From a bacterium (GTDB taxonomy: Bacteria; SAR324; NAC60-12): a DNA stretch of 64,000 bases. The DNA lies in NCBI GenBank assembly GCA_965209155.1, contig OZ242383.1:2048001-2112000 (forward strand), in the 5' to 3' direction. The position numbers and the translations under genes were made by a program. This document shows positions 62,500 to 64,000 of this stretch, piece after piece (positions within the stretch are counted from its first letter, which is position 1; the number at the start of each line of letters is the position of its first letter). The notes beneath the pieces are model-generated. The model searched no databases. It worked only from the letters and a program-made list of their open reading frames with translations, and was not told the DNA's origin.

Positions 62500-62850
62500 T
62501 CAGTAAGTGATCATGTATAGTAAGAAAAAAGCGCCACTTACGGTCAATCCGGCCAGAAATCCCCATAAAAAAGTGAACCAACTCGAATCCATTTTGTCGT
62601 CGGAGATGTCTGATTCTGCGGAAGACGATTCTTGCTCCATTTTTTGAAGGATCTCCTCGGCCTTCTCCTGGTCCACGGGATCAATCATCAGTCGTACACC
62701 TTCCGAAAACTGCATCGATGGATAGGCGCCTCCGGCATCGTCTTTCAAAATAAAAGTTTGAATGCCCAAAGACTCCAAATGCATAGAGGCCATACGGGCA
62801 AACATCTCATTGGTAAATGTTCGCAGGACGATGAATTTTTCTGCTTTCAT
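62500..62850 (-). CDS. DUF2007-like protein with a C-terminal TM helix
   Basis: F.NEMFARMA..HLESLGI..FI.KD..GG.YP...GVRLMI...D.EKA.EIL. Confidence 0.75.
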   Translation of the reverse strand: MKAEKFIVLRTFTNEMFARMASMHLESLGIQTFILKDDAGGAYPSMQFSEGVRLMIDPVDQEKAEEILQKMEQESSSAESDISDDKMDSSWFTFLWGFLAGLTVSGAFFLLYMITY

Positions 62851-63006
62851 ACTGCTTCACTCTGCCGAAAATTATCAACAAATCCTTCTCCAATCTTATT
62901 TGACATATAGTGAAGGGGAAGGCAAGCGATGATATTTGACAAATTTTGGACAAAAGTCAAATTGCGCTTGACATACGAGTAGATTCCGGCAATCTTATAA
63001 TTAAGA

Positions 63007-63083
63007 CGGAGCGTAGCGCAGTCTGGTAGCGCACACGTCTGGGGGGCGTGTGGTCGCAGGTTCAAATCCTGTCGCTCCGACCA
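63007..63083 (+). tRNA. tRNA-Pro(GGG)
   Basis: Cloverleaf with CGGAGCG/CGCTCCG acceptor stem, anticodon arm CACGT-CTGGGGG-GCGTG, GGTTCAAATCC T-arm and encoded CCA. Confidence 0.96.
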
Positions 63084-63139
63084 ACCTTTTTTATATAACC
63101 TGCTGGCATTCGCCGGATTTTCTTTCTTAACAGGAAACT

Positions 63140-64000
63140 ATGCAACAAACAGATGACTTGAATGTCTCAGGAACCATTCCTTTGATCACTCCATGGGAAC
63201 TTAAAAATATAATACCCATGAGTGAGACGGCAAATCGAACCGTCGTCAATGCGAGGGAGGTGGTGCAAAATATACTGGACGGATGCGACCAACGCGTCCT
63301 GTTCCTGGTGGGGCCATGTTCTATTCATGATCCGAAAATCGCATATGAATATGCGGATCTACTCAAAAACCTGGCAGAGCGAGTGGCTGATAGATTGTAT
63401 CTCATCATGCGCGTTTATTTTGAGAAACCACGCACCACGGTCGGTTGGAAGGGTCTGATCAATGATCCGGATTTAAATGGTTCTTATGATATAGGCAAAG
63501 GCTTGACCATGGCTCGAAAGATTCTCAATGGCATCAATGAAAAAGGGCTACCGGTGGGCAGTGAGATGCTCGACACGATCACGCCGCAATATATCGCCGA
63601 CCTGGTCTCATGGGTAGCCATTGGGGCTCGCACCACCGAATCTCAGATCCATCGAGAAATGGCGAGCGGACTCTCCATGCCCGTGGGTTTTAAAAATGGC
63701 ACAAATGGTAATCTGGACGTGGCCTTGAATGCGATGGAATCTGCGCAGCAACCACATCGTTTTATAGGCATCGATCAAGAGAGCAAAGTTTCCATTATCC
63801 AAACCCGGGGTAACCGATATGGACACATCGTACTTCGTGGAGGTGCGCAAGGTCCCAATTACGACCCCGTATCCGTGCAAAATACGGAAGAGGCGCTCCA
63901 GTCATCGAATTTACGCAAAGCGATTATGATTGATTGCAACCACGCCAATTCCGGAAAGGACCCTTTTAAACAGGAAACGGTCTTGAGAGATATTACTCAA
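63140..64000 (+). CDS. Class I DAHP synthase (AroF/G/H family), partial: runs off the right edge
   Basis: Not in the ORF track. MQQTDDLNV...VGPCSIHD...RVYFEKPRTTVGWKGLINDP...AIGARTTESQIHRE...DCNHANS. Confidence 0.95.
   Translation, partial: MQQTDDLNVSGTIPLITPWELKNIIPMSETANRTVVNAREVVQNILDGCDQRVLFLVGPCSIHDPKIAYEYADLLKNLAERVADRLYLIMRVYFEKPRTTVGWKGLINDPDLNGSYDIGKGLTMARKILNGINEKGLPVGSEMLDTITPQYIADLVSWVAIGARTTESQIHREMASGLSMPVGFKNGTNGNLDVALNAMESAQQPHRFIGIDQESKVSIIQTRGNRYGHIVLRGGAQGPNYDPVSVQNTEEALQSSNLRKAIMIDCNHANSGKDPFKQETVLRDITQ

Noticed and set aside
63007..63083. Integrative element at tRNA-Pro
   Set aside because: No integrase and no duplicated tRNA 3' end seen in the window.

Overview
Bacterial chromosomal segment with a deltaproteobacterial-type gene repertoire (SAR324-like is a guess from protein style, not tested). 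Bases 1-13.6 kb form an anti-phage defence island, nearly all on the minus strand. A type I R-M hsdM (10854-12833) and its hsdS (751-2088) are separated by about 8.8 kb of cargo: a truncated helical partner gene plus a TIR gene, Vsr, a C5-cytosine methyltransferase plus a GHKL-ATPase/nuclease, and a tightly packed five-gene unit (helical partner - TIR - Nmad2 - MazG/MazG_C - uracil-DNA-glycosylase-like). An ABC/AAA ATPase follows hsdS and runs off the left edge. The five-gene unit is the best candidate for an uncharacterised system. Bases 13.9-50.9 kb are mostly housekeeping genes (tpiA-secG-sixA-pyk, moeA-moaC-modB, recD2, holB, tmk, aroB, maf, mreBCD-mrdA, selB, TPR protein, glnB-ptsP-holA, ECF sigma/anti-sigma, rnd and others). 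A second, decayed accessory spot at 50.9-53.0 kb holds a signal-peptide-bearing PD-(D/E)xK-like protein plus fragments of an IS630 transposase, an SDH/Clp-fold protease and an N6-methyltransferase. The right end carries a CE7 esterase, a HelD-like helicase, an LLM oxidoreductase, mtaB, an isolated nuoN, tRNA-Pro(GGG) and a DAHP synthase. A family of REP-carrying MITE-like elements occurs at 8.7, 10.6 and 56.7 kb, with a related one at 49.9 kb. All family assignments come from motif recognition by eye; no database searches were run.
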